This document shows positions 1 through 11,709 of a DNA stretch of 64,000 nucleotides, piece by piece. Location: positions 116,629,741 to 116,693,740 of the forward strand of contig CM041465.1 in the NCBI GenBank assembly GCA_023213395.1, given 5' to 3'. Origin of the DNA: Cycas panzhihuaensis. Lineage: Eukaryota; Plantae; Cycadophyta. Position 1 is the stretch's first letter. Each line of letters opens with the position of its first letter. The notes beneath the pieces are model-generated. The model was not told the origin of the DNA, did not search any database, and worked only from the letters and a program-made list of their open reading frames with translations. Made by a program: the position numbers and the translations under genes.

Positions 1-230
1 AGTAATGCCCCATCTATCTTTCAAAGACTCATGAACAAACTCTTTCAGTCTTACTTAAGGAAGTTCATGTTAGTATTTTTTTATAACATTCTAATCTTTA
101 GTCGTATATGGGAACACCATCTTTAACATGATAATAAGGCATTATAGATACTTATAGATAACCAACTTTATGCCAAAAAAATAAAATGTCAATTTGAGCA
201 AACAGAAATAGAATATTTAGGCCATGTTAT

Positions 231-637
231 TGTTGGGTGTAATACTCAATTCCATTAGCCCTATGTAAACTCTCTCTATCTTTTGTATTCTATATTAGAG
301 TTGTGGGCCAATACTTTGAGATTCTATCTGAGATAGTATTGCACCCCTTTCATATCACTTCATTGAAATTTTGTCTATCTTCAACCATGTTCTGCTTGAC
401 AGCACCTCGGCCAGGACCTCATTACAGCTATTATACTTAGAAACGGTTCTATCTCTGCATTTAATTTCTGTTTCTTTGTTGTGCTGTCGTTCTACCTCTG
501 CGTTCTATCTTTGAAAACTGATTTTGTTACCATCTCGCCCTGTACTTTTCTAAGGCATCTTGCCCTTTGCGCCATTTGGGTGTCCCGTGTCGGGAGTAAT
601 ACTGTATCCATGCCGTCCGTCTCAGCTTGCATCACCA
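231..637. repeat. Orphan LTR-like segment (TG...CA) fused to the 5' end of the 641-6097 element
   Basis: Starts TGTTGGGTGTAAT, similar to the TGTTAGAGTGTAAT start of the 641 LTR, and ends ...ATCACCA. It is preceded by GTTAT (226-230), which recurs at 6098-6102. It retains CpGs and has no second copy in the window. Confidence 0.6.
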
Positions 638-640
638 GAA

Positions 641-1079
641 TGTTAGAGTGTAATGTCATCACTTAACTCCCTTTTACCTACCAGGCTTGTACACCTCAAT
701 TTAGACATGCGATCCTCAACATGTCAAGGTAAGTTGAGTTAGTTTCATTTGAGTTAAGTGAATATTATTTTATTATTATTTTGAATTCAGGGGTTGAGGA
801 GTTTCCCTCCTTCCGCAAACTATTTATATTATGGGGTGTACAACCCTGGTGTCTTTAGACACCGCCTACCTTTGAGGAGATTTGTAATGCTCATTATTGC
901 TACAATAGATTGAACAACAAGGCTTTCATGTTCTTTATGCTATTGTGATGGTGATACGTTGATGTATTGATGCAATATTGGTTTATGGTTATTTGATATA
1001 TGTTTTGCCCTGTTCTCCTGCTATTATTGTTTCCTTCATTTGGTATCAGAGCATAGTCTTGTAAACATTATTTCCTTCA
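641..1079 (+). repeat. 5' LTR (439 bp) containing an internal relic PBS at 1041-1052
   Basis: Matches 5649-6097. Sequence is TTCCTTCA-TT-TGGTATCAGAGC-...-ATTATTTCCTTCA, followed by a second PBS. Confidence 0.93.
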
Positions 1080-1081
1080 TT

Positions 1082-1092
1082 TGGTATCAAAG
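1082..1092 (+). promoter_or_regulatory. Primer-binding site (tRNA-iMet type)
   Basis: TGGTATCAAAG, 2 nt after the LTR end; one mismatch to the TGGTATCAGAG consensus. Confidence 0.85.
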
Positions 1093-2429
1093 TAGGTGAT
1101 TGCTGACCTACTAAAGTTTTGAAGAAGAGCAACAGGATCTACTAGTATTCTACAACAGTTTTTTTTACAAGCAAGATACATTAACTATATTTGTTTTCTA
1201 AAAATTTTTAGCAAGATTTATATATTATTTTAGCAGATCTTGATTATTATTAACCTATATTTCTGGTTTAACAAATATTACTGAGATCTATTTTCAGTTT
1301 TTTTACAAATCTACGCAGGATTTTCAGCAGCAAGTTATATAAATTCAAGTTTTATTCTCATATTTAAGTTATTCTTCTCTTCAGATCTACAGATTTATCA
1401 TATATTTTAACAGTTTACAAGTTATTTGTCTACTTATTTGATATTTTTTGCAGATTTGCAAAAGAGCATCAGATGCATACAAAAGTTATCAAGTTTTCTT
1501 CAAAGATCTGCAATTTGTTACTTCAGATCTGCTATTCTTTACTATAGATTTGCTTATTTTATCAAAAATTTTCAGCATTTTCTACTACATTCATTTCAGA
1601 TCTATATTTTTCATTATATTATTTGACTATATTTTCAAGTTTTCTACAGATCTATAATTTCTGGAGCATATTTAGTTTTTTTTAAGAAGAATACATTGCA
1701 GATCTGTATATTAGAAGCTTTTCAAGCTGACTTTTTTGCTGCAAATCAACTACAACTACGTATACCAGGTTCTTCATATATTTTTTTTCAATTTTAAACA
1801 CATATTTCTTGATATATTTGCAATATATTTGAATAGATTTCAAAATACATATACATACATTTTTCTTTATCTGGTTTCATTGATGTGTTTTTTTTGAGTT
1901 CATGCATCTACTACTTATAATTATATGAAGAAAGTTTTGTGAAGGAAAAGACAAGTACATAACCACAATCATCTATTCTGTTAAGAAGTCATCAACATCA
2001 TATAGCAAAGATCCGTTACATTTGAAACATACATATATATATATTTTTATTTGATATATTTTTTCTGTATCAATATTTTTACAAGATCTGGCATATAGCC
2101 CAGGTAAGACTTCCTCAACCTATACATCTTATGATATTGTGCATTTTTTCATAATATACATATGGTATAAAGAGTATATAACTAAAAAAAACTCAACCTT
2201 TTTCATGACTTTTTTTGTACAAATATATGTTTTTTAAATATTTCCTTCATTTTGGACATTACTGTTAAACTTTTTGCAAACTTTGGCTTTGTTAAGAAAG
2301 GATATGTGTCTCTAGTCTGACCATTCTTTCATATTATACAGAAATCTGAAATATTGTATATAGTGAAAGATCTACATTAAAATTTTTTTGTGTTACCACA
2401 TTGAAATATTTAGAAAACGAAAATACATC

Positions 2430-2912
2430 TTATAAATGAAACTCCTTCTTAATATTAGGAATTGAAAATCCACCATTGAAAATTACATCTGTTGAACTAA
2501 AGGCTGCATGCATTCCTCTCAGAGAAGCTATAACTGAAATGTGAAGAATCCCATCCTCATTTCTATTTCCCACTGCATCTGATTTCAACTCCCTATCTTT
2601 GAAACTTGCGGATCTCACTTGGACAGCTTCCCTTCGCTTCACTCTGAAGCTACTTAATATTATTCCTCTGTGACCAACTAAGATTTTATAAGTTTTATTC
2701 AACAAAGATACTATAATCCCCATTTCTTGTAGTGCCCCTGAAAATTCATAAACAGTATTAGCAGCATGTGCTGATGCAGAGACAAGACCATCATAGCATT
2801 CCTTCAAGTCTTGCAAGTCTTGCGTAGCTCTCGTGAAATCATCCAATTGAGGCACAGCCGATTGTTGTTGTCCTTGACGATCTACGCCAAGCTTCTCCTT
2901 GAAGCCGTTCAA
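2430..2912 (-). pseudogene. Captured host-gene fragment; N-terminal part resembles the plant At2g33490/At3g26910-like (BAR-fold) family, fused to unrelated sequence
   Basis: PQLDDFTRATQDLQDLKECYDGLVSASAHAANTVYEFSGALQEMG matches my recollection of the family motif QLDELAQASQDMQDMRxCYDSLLSAAAATANSAYEFSESLxEMG. Similarity stops after EMG (about 2718). The listed ORF starts at TTG; the nearest ATGs (2916, 2925) are out of frame. Confidence 0.8.
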
Positions 2913-4891
2913 CCATTGAAACCATTAAGATCTAGAGTGCCAGATTAAGTTAAGAATAACCATTTGCGTCCCGTTTATTTTTGGCGCGCAGCTACACTGT
3001 GTTTTGGCATTGGCGTTGGCGCTTCTTCCTGTCTCCTTGGCGTTGGCGTAGGTTTGGTGCGGCTAGACTGCAGACAGCCAGCTATCGTCTTACACAGCTT
3101 CGGCTTCATTATTAATAACAACGGGCAGCCTACACGGCTAAGTGTTCAGCTTTTTGCGTTTGGCGTCTTGCTGGGGCTGCGCTGCAATCTGCGTTGTTTG
3201 ATTGCGTTTAGCGTCTCGCTGGGGCTGCGCTGCAATCTGCGTTGTACATTAACAAGCACATTTAAAGTTTGTTGTCATTAACAATGGTTATATATATACA
3301 TATATATATATATATTATGCATAAGTGAACCCAACGATTGAGTCTGATTTTCTCTCATTGATTCCGGCAGTGGCATATCGCATCGACGGTGGTAGCAGCG
3401 TACGAGGCAGCATGGTGGCGGCATTACGATTCCTTCTTTCTCATTTTTCATTTTTATAAAGTTTATATTAATTAAATTAAATTGAATAAAATTTTAAAAT
3501 CCGTGGTATAAAGAACCCTCACTCTCTCATTAGCTCATCCTTCGGTCTTATGCATTACCAAGTGACCCCAGCTTAGCTGAAAAAGGGGTTATTTCATTGT
3601 TTATAAAACTTTTCATTTTATTTTTTTTTTAAATTTTATTTTTCATAGAGTTATTGGTGCTTTTGTGGCCATAACTTCTCACTAGCTTATCAGTTTCAGA
3701 CGAAACATACCCCAATAGATCAGAAATTTTTCGCACCAATTTGTTGGTCATATGACCAATTTGGTGCCAATTTGACCCTGTTTCGACCATTTTAATATTA
3801 GACTTTTAAAATTTCAGCTTTTTTCGTATTTTTAACAAAATCATTTTTAGAACTGGCTGTCATTTATTTCTGGTAAACTTGTTTTTACCCAAATTACCTC
3901 TATAGCGATCTACGTTGTATAGACTTTAATACCCACTTCTTAGTTCAATTTTTTGAGCTCATCTTCATTAATATTTTCATCACTGAAATAAGGAATTTAG
4001 TTGTTTTTGCCTATTTTTTTAACATTATCCATAAAGACACATGTTACCTTTTTCACTATAACTTTCTCATTTTATATCAGATTTTAATTCTGTTAGCTTT
4101 GTTGGGAAGCTAACTCATTTCTCTTCATTTTGGTATATTTTTTAATATATTTTGACATTATCTTCCTGAATTTCAAATCAATCAAAGTTGAGGTACTTTA
4201 TTACCTCAAATCTGTTGTTTTTTATACCTTTTTTAATATATTTTTCAAAAATTTTCAATTGAAAGAACATTGAACATTTCATAAACAATATTTAATCCTT
4301 TGTTTAACTTTTTCTAAAGGTTAATTAGTGATTTTATATAATTTTGACTACCTTGCTTCTGATAGGCCCCATAAGGAGGTCCATATCTTTGCATCTTTCA
4401 AATTGTAATTTATTGGTACCCGTTTTCAAAACCGTTTATTTCATTGGATTCACACCTTATTAATCTACATATTGGTAGAATCTTAAGTTATTCTGATATT
4501 ATTCAGTATAGTTTTCAAGCTGTTAAAGTTGAGCATACAAGTACATCCTAATAAGCTTGTATTCTTTCAAAATTTTTAAAGAAAATTCTAGTTCATATCT
4601 CATTGTTTACTTAAGGTTTCTGCTTGATCTTTCTATAAGAATTTTAGGTTGTTTTGAACCAGAAATTGTTCATAAGGCAATATATATTTTTTCTCAAAGA
4701 AAAGTTATTTTTTATACAAAAAGGAAACTTTTTTATATTGAAGATTTACATTACTCATTTGAGAAATTGGCATATTTTTTAAAACCATTTATTCTCAAAA
4801 GTTTATTTCAAGTTTTACATAAGTGAAAAAGATTTTTTAAGTTTGCTTTCAAACGCATCATTATTTTCTTATTGATTACATTACTTTCAAA

Positions 4892-5194
4892 ATGGCACAA
4901 TTCCTTATTTTTGATGGCCATAACTTTTCATTATGGTATGACACCATGCAAAATTACTTTATTGAACATGATCTTTTAAAGTATTTACAACATGAATGTG
5001 ACCTTAGCATTAAAGAAAATTTTAGAAAAGATAATGAAGTTTTAGGTTTATTATTTTGCACTATGACTGATGATGTTTTTCCACTAGTTTATGAATTAAC
5101 AACTTCTAAGTCTGTTTGGGATTTATTGATTTCCATTTATAGGGGAGATACCCCCAATGTATTTGATGAAACTTTTGATGAGCATATGAGATAG
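4892..5194 (+). pseudogene. gag: Ty1/copia gag N-terminal fragment (DUF4219/UBN2-like)
   Basis: FDGHNFSLWYDTMQNYFIEHDLLKYL...LGLLFCTMTDDVFPLVYELTTSKSVWDLLISIY fits the copia gag pattern. It is truncated and not followed by pol. Confidence 0.8.
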
Positions 5195-5648
5195 GTAACA
5201 CAATAGATAGATCATGACGACAACAACCATGAGGATTCATATCAAATGCAGGACCACCTTGTTGCATAAGGATTTGATCATCCATTTGAGGGGGAGCATG
5301 AAGATGAATCTTATGACATAATGAAGAATGAATTTGATGATATGACAAAGAATGAACTTGATGATATGATAGCTGTTCAAAGCATAAAGATTATAAAAGT
5401 TCAAGTTCAAAGCCTTCTTAATGTTCCAGTTGACAAAGTCTAAATTACAGCTATTCATCTACAGTTGCATCAAGTTTCATCTACTTATAGTTTTCCTACA
5501 TCATTCTATGATAAAGAGACATATATGGCTATAAGGATGAGAAGAGTTGATAAAGATCAAAATCAGAATTTCAAAGCTTTTTTCAAGTACCAATTCCATA
5601 AGTTCAAGGAAAAGATACAAGTGTTCGTGTTGAAATTAAGGGGGAGAA

Positions 5649-6097
5649 TGTTAGAGTGTAATGTCATCACTCAACTCCCTCTTACCTACCAGGCTTGTGC
5701 ACCTCAATTTAGACATGTGATCTTCAACATGTCAAGGTAAGTTAAGGTAAGTTGAGTTAGTTTCATCTGAGTTAAGTGAATATTATTTTATTATTATTTT
5801 TAATTCAGGGATTGAGGAGTTTCCCTCCTCCACCAAACTATTTATATTATGGGGTGTATAACTCTGGTGTCTTTAGACACTGCCTACCTTTGAGGAGATT
5901 TGTAATGCTCATTATTGCTACAATGGATTGAAAAACAAGGCTTTCATGTTCTTTATGCTATTGTGATGGTGATACATTGATGTATTGATGCAATATTAGT
6001 TTATAGTTATTTGATATATGTTTTGCCCTGTTCTCCTGCTATTATTGTTTCCTTCATTTAGTATCAGAGCATAGTCTTGTAAACATTATTTCCTTCA
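5649..6097 (+). repeat. 3' LTR (449 bp)
   Basis: Direct repeat of 641-1079, preceded by the PPT and followed by TSD GTTAT. Confidence 0.95.
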
Positions 6098-6896
6098 GTT
6101 ATCTCTAAAAAAAGAGTCAAGGTGAATCCTAAGAAAATTGTAATTATCACAAACTAGCCTAAACTAAAAAACATCAAGGGCCTTCATAGATTCTTAGGAA
6201 TCACAGGGTATTATCGAAAGTTTGTTCAAGACTATGTAAGGATTGTTTCCCCCTTTAATTAACTTGTTAAAAAAGGATTCCTTTCAATGGAATGATAAGG
6301 CCTCTGAAGCATTTGAACATCTAAAGGTGGATTTAACTACCACACCATTCCTCGTAATACTAGACTTTACAAAGACCTTCACCATTGAATGTAATGCATC
6401 AAGGCAAGGCATTGGAGCAGTCTTAATGCAAGAAAGAAAACCTTTGGCCTTTGAAAGTCATCAACTTACACCTAAGGAATAAGTCAAATCCACCTATGAG
6501 AAGGAGATATTAGCAACTCTCCATATAGTTAGGAAATGGTGACAATATTTATTGGGAACACATTTTCAAATAAAAACAGGCTATGATAACTTAAAATATT
6601 TTCTAGCTCAAAGGATGGCATCTAAGAAACAACAAAAATGGGTCACCAAAATGCAAGCTTTTGACTTTGAAATCATATATAAAAAAGGCAAGGATAATAT
6701 AGTTGTTGATGCTTTATCTCATAAGGAAGAGGCCCTACACTATATTCTATCACCATGGTCAATCCTTCTTGAATAGCGGCCACTAAGTAAGAATGGGATT
6801 AGGACCCCTTTACAAAGTAGATTATTCAAGACCTTTAAGATAGGGTAGGGTATTCAACCCATTATACATGGTCTATAAATATTCTCTAGTATCAAA

Positions 6897-6899
<3 letters not shown>

Positions 6900-6936
<37 letters not shown>
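6900..6936. repeat. (TA)n microsatellite expanded inside gypsy pol
   Basis: About 18 perfect TA units. Confidence 0.95.
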
Positions 6937-6938
<2 letters not shown>

Positions 6939-8239
6939 CTCACTCTATCCTTAAAGAGCAAAATTTACATGATGTACATGCCTCTCCAATAGCAGGTCAC
7001 TTGGGGTTCCTACAGACATACCACCACTTAAAATAATCTTTCTTTTGGAAGGGACAAAAAGGAGATGTAAAGAGATATGTTTCCTCATATAAAATTTATC
7101 AATGACATAAGACATAAACAATTAAGTCTTTAGGATTACTACAACCCTTTCCTAGACCAAATCAATGATGGGAAGAAATTTCTATAGACTTCACGTAGGT
7201 CTACCCAAGTTAGAGGGAGAAGATACTATATTGGTGGTTGTTGATAGGCTAACTAAATATGCTCATTTTTGTGGCATTTAAGCCACATATAAGGCAAAGC
7301 AAATTATTGATACCTTTTAAAGGATATACACAGGCTGCATGGCATGCCTAAATATATAGTCAATGATTGGGACCCCAAGTTTACCAGCAACTTCTAGACA
7401 AAACTCTTCCATCTACTTGGTACTAAAATGACAATGATATTATCCTAACATCCACAAATAGATGGTCAAACTAAGGTGGTTAATAAGTGCCTTAAAGGAT
7501 ACCTTTGTTGTTATGCTTTAGATAAGTAGGGATAGTGGCATCATTGGCTTCCTTTAGTAGAATGGTGGTATATTACAACCTATTATGCATTAGTAGGAAT
7601 GACTCTGTTCTAAGTATTATATGGCTATGAATGACCTACACTTAAGAATTATGCTATAATTAGTTCTAAAGTTCAAGTAGTTAAGGACCACATCCAACAA
7701 ATAACATAAATTCTTAAGCTACTTAAGGAAAATCTAAAACTTACATAAAATTGAATGAAACAACAGGTAGATAAAGGGTGAAGTAAATGAGCATTTCAAC
7801 TAGGTGACTAGGTATACTTACAGTTGCAATCATATAAGTAATCATCTCTCAAACAAGACGGGCAACATAAATTACAACCTTGATTTTATGGGCCTTATAA
7901 AATTATCAAAAAGATTGGTGAAGTTACATGCCTTGGACTTACCACCACCATCAAGGATCCATAATATATTTCATGTTTCATGTCTTAAGAGAGTAATTGG
8001 GTAGTGAATACAAGTTCAAACAGAATTACCTATCTTAAATAAGGAGGGGAAACTTCAACTCATTCTAAAATATATCATTGATTGAATAATTTGACATCTA
8101 CGATCCAGGCAAATCATTGAGTATCTCATCAAATGAAAAGAACTTCCATAAGAAGATGCAACCTAGGAGAATGAGCAATTTATTCAAGAGCATCCTAAGA
8201 TCACCAAGCTTTGAAGGTAAAGCTTAGAGGAGGGTACTT

Positions 8240-8590
8240 TGTTAGGGATCCAACCCCTAACTTACCCTCTCTTCTCTTATATCTTCTATTTCTTCTACTT
8301 TTTCCCTCTTCTTAATATCGGGAATACATAAGTAAAAGATTGTGTAGTGGTCATTGAACACTATATGTATTCATGTAATATCCCACATGCATAAGGAGGA
8401 GGTTGTATAGTAAGCATAGAGCCATATATATATTTATGTAATCTTAAGAGTAGGGTATCTAAAATATCATTGTTTTTGTATGTAATTGGGAGGTTGCTCC
8501 CTTGAAGGGTATTGTAATATAAGTGCTCTTTTGGAGTTATTTGTATGTTATGTTAGTGTGCAATTATTATTAAGGAGTGGTATCCTACCA
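8240..8590 (+). repeat. 3' LTR of the chromoviral gypsy element
   Basis: Starts TGTTAGGGAT right after the PPT and ends ATCCTACCA (imperfect terminal inverted repeat). Copia integrase sequence begins immediately afterwards. Confidence 0.8.
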
Positions 8591-9311
8591 CCATCATTGA
8601 AGAAAAAATTATATTGCATATCTTTCATTGATGATTTTACCAGGAAAGTGTGGGTAGCTTTTTTACTAGGAAAGATGAGGCATTTGGTATCTTTAAATCT
8701 TTTAAAGCTCATACTAAAAAGGAGTCAAGTTATCAAATTAAGTATCTTTGAAAAGATAATGGTGGAGAATATATATCTACTGATTTTGAAACCTATCTAC
8801 AAGATAATAACATCAAGCATCACAATGCAATACCATGCACCTTGCAACATAATGGAGTTGTCAAGTGCATGGATAGGTCTATTATAAATATGGCTTGAGC
8901 TATGCTAGTTTATAAAAATGTACCTACTTACCTATGGGAAAAAATAATTTAGATAGTTGTTTATTGCATGAATGTTATCAGCCCATCTAAAGGAGGAACT
9001 TCTTTTAATAAAAAGTAGACTGGATAGGCCCCCACTGCCTACCACTTTAAAATATTTGACTTAACATGTTATGCCCATATACTAGATGGAGATAGAAATA
9101 AACTCCAGCCTAGGGCACTCAAAGGCATCTTTGTAGATACCCTTTGGATAAGAAATAGTACAAGGTCTTTATACCTTCATAATGAAATATTATCGTTACC
9201 AGAGATGTGGTGTTTGCTGAAATAAAGGATTAATTATTACAATTAGACTTTAGAATACCAAATCATCATTATTATGATGCTACTCAATATGATATATAGA
9301 TTTTAAAATTT

Positions 9312-9329
9312 GGGGGGGGGGGGGGGGGG
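9312..9329. repeat. Poly-G run (18 nt) in the copia INT-RT linker
   Basis: Homopolymer seen directly in the sequence. Confidence 0.9.
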
Positions 9330-11709
9330 AGACACTCAAGAGTTACTCAAACTATTGGAATCTAATAATAAAGCCATGGAGGATAGTAGTTGTGACTCTA
9401 AACTAATGAGTGCATATCATGCACTACCATTCAGGAATAGTAGAGTTGACAAAGACAAAGTAGTGGTAGATGGACCATGCTCCCTAGATGCATCAATATC
9501 CTCCTCAATAAATATGCAAAATGATCCTTTCTAGGATCTAAATGAAGATCATGTAGTTGGAAAAATGAAGACCTTATTCCCAACTCAAGGTTCTTGTGAA
9601 GCATGCTAGTTAAATAAGGATATACAACTTGATAAGGTGAGAAAAATTGGTACTCAAAGTGCCTATAGAGCCAAGCTATAGGAATCACTTTTCATTGAGT
9701 TAGAACTAGTAGAACTATATCTTACTCTCAATGAAGAGCCCCTCTTGTACCAAGAAGCTATAAAATACATAGCTTGGAGTAATGCCATGAATGAAGAGTA
9801 TCAATCTCTTATAAAAAATGGTACATAGGAGCTCATTGACCTACCACTTAGAAGAAAGATAGTTCAAAATAAATAGGTGTATAAAAATAAATACAGATCT
9901 AATGGCACCCTTGAAAAACACAAGGCAAAGTTGGTAAGAAAGGGATTCATACAAAGGGAAGGCATCAACTACATTAAAGTCTTTACTCCTACAATCAAGT
10001 GGCCCACAATTAGAACTCTTATGTCCTTTGTAACTTAATAAGGCTAGAAGATTTATTAGCTTAATGTAAAAACTACATTTTCCAATGGTGATCTTGAAGA
10101 AGAAATATATATGGCTTAACCTAAAGGATTTAAGATTATTGGTCTAGAGCATAAGGTGTGCAGGCTCAAAAAGTCCTTATATGGCCTTAAACAAGCCCCT
10201 CATGCTTGGTTCACCAAGTTGTAAGAAAAAATGAGGTAACTAAGATAGGAGGTTTGTGACTACTAGGATATTGATGTAACATTATTCATCAAATACTAAA
10301 AAGGTAAAGTCACTTATCTCTTAATCTTTGTAGATAATATGCTTATAATGAGGAATGATGAATAGGTAATCAACTAGCTAAAAAGGACTTAGCTAAAACA
10401 TTCAAACTATTTGATCTTGTATTGATGAAATACTACTTGGAGATTGAAATCACTCAGAAAGATAGTAAAATATTTATTTTTTAAGAAAAGTACATCAATG
10501 ATCTTCTAACAAAGTTTTAGTTGGAATATGCTCAAACTATAGCCACTCCAATGGAACCTAATATCAAACTGATAATTGATGGTAATGATCGAGAGGTAGA
10601 TGTAATACTTTACAAGCAACTTATAGGTAGTCTCATCTATACTACTAATATAAAGCCTAATATTACACACTCTATTAGCATTCTTTCTTATTACATGATA
10701 AATTCTAAGTAGAATCACTGGCAGGTAGTAGTGCAAGTGTTGAGGTACCTTGAGATGACCAAAAAATATGGTATAGTATATAAACCTAATTCAAAGTTTA
10801 AATAATATGCATATATAGACTCAGACTTTACTTGAGATAAAGACACAAGGATATCCATGTCTAGGTATATAATGTTTCTTGGAACAACACTAATATCATG
10901 GAGATCTAGATGGTAGAAGATAGTTATTGATTCAACTGCTGAAGCTAAATACATTACTACTTTTGATACCAACAAGGAGGTGACATAGCTTAAGAAATTA
11001 TTGGAAACATTGAATATCACCCAAACAAGTCCTACTAGATTTTGTGTGGATAATCAATCAATAATCCACATGGTAAAAAGTCCTATATTTCACGATCATA
11101 CTAAACACATAAGTATAAAAGCCCACATGATTCAAGAACTAGTTCATGATGGCATAATTCAACTGGAGTACTGCTCCACAGTAGATTAAGTGGCTGATAT
11201 CTTCACCAACCCACTATAAAAGGTGAAGTTTAAATAGTTATGTAGGCAGCTTAGCCTTTAGGCCTCTATCTCTTACTGATTGAGGAGATGACAATAGGAT
11301 CATCATACTCTATTCCATTCATGAAAATCCCTTATAGGTACAAAAGAATAAGATTAAGTCTCTACTCTATCATATTTATGAAAACCCCTTTTGGGCATAG
11401 AAGGATAAAGGTTATACTAGTCTTAGAATCAAAACTTCTAAAAACCTGAAAGGGCATGGAGGATGACCAAATAGTATATGGAGACTTAGTCGATCAAGCT
11501 ACATATTTAAGCTACTTAGCTATTAGGTTACATCAAGAGCCACCTTAGCCATTTTGATTTAAGCGGCTATAGATCTTAGAAAGTTTGTGGGTTTTTATTC
11601 CCTATGAGGGTTTTTCCATAAAAGTGTCAATTCAATAATGAGGCTCAAATGAAGACCTCATAGAATAGATTTTATCATAATGACCTTTTACCATTAAGGG
11701 GGGGATAAA

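Larger units (their letters stand above)
641..6097 (+). mobile_element. Non-autonomous Ty1/copia-derived LTR element (gag remnant only, no pol) carrying a captured host-gene fragment
   Basis: Direct LTRs at 641-1079 and 5649-6097 (TG...CA; about 95% identical by eye plus a 10-bp indel). Met-type PBS at 1082-1092, PPT AAGGGGGAGAA at 5638-5648, copia gag motif at 4892. No PR, INT, RT or RH. Confidence 0.92.
1..8590 (+). mobile_element. Ty3/gypsy chromovirus LTR retrotransposon, degenerate (5' part outside window), split by the 231-6097 insertion
   Basis: 1-230 reads as RT (NAPSIFQRLMNKLF...IEYLGHVI) and resumes at 6098 (VISKKRVKVNPKKI). It continues through RNase H (TIECNASRQGIGAVLMQ, FEIIYKKGKDNIVVDALS), integrase, GPY/F (YGPYKII...IHNIFHVSCLK) and a chromodomain (IEYLIK*KELSIEDAT*E, about 8060-8200). 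PPT AGAGGAGGG at about 8226-8234. Confidence 0.93.

Noticed and set aside
481-666. ORFs 481-666, 5465-5740, 12857-13258 and 13895-14092 share peptide ends and look like paralogous genes
   Set aside because: The shared peptides are translations of duplicated LTR sequence, not genes.
2964-3281. 105-aa plus-strand ORF
   Set aside because: TTG start, low-complexity G/V/L/C composition, open only because the tract is GC-rich; no recognisable domain.
9310-9534. Poly-Gly protein ORF
   Set aside because: Produced by a G homopolymer in the copia INT-RT linker; the run length may also be a sequencing artefact.
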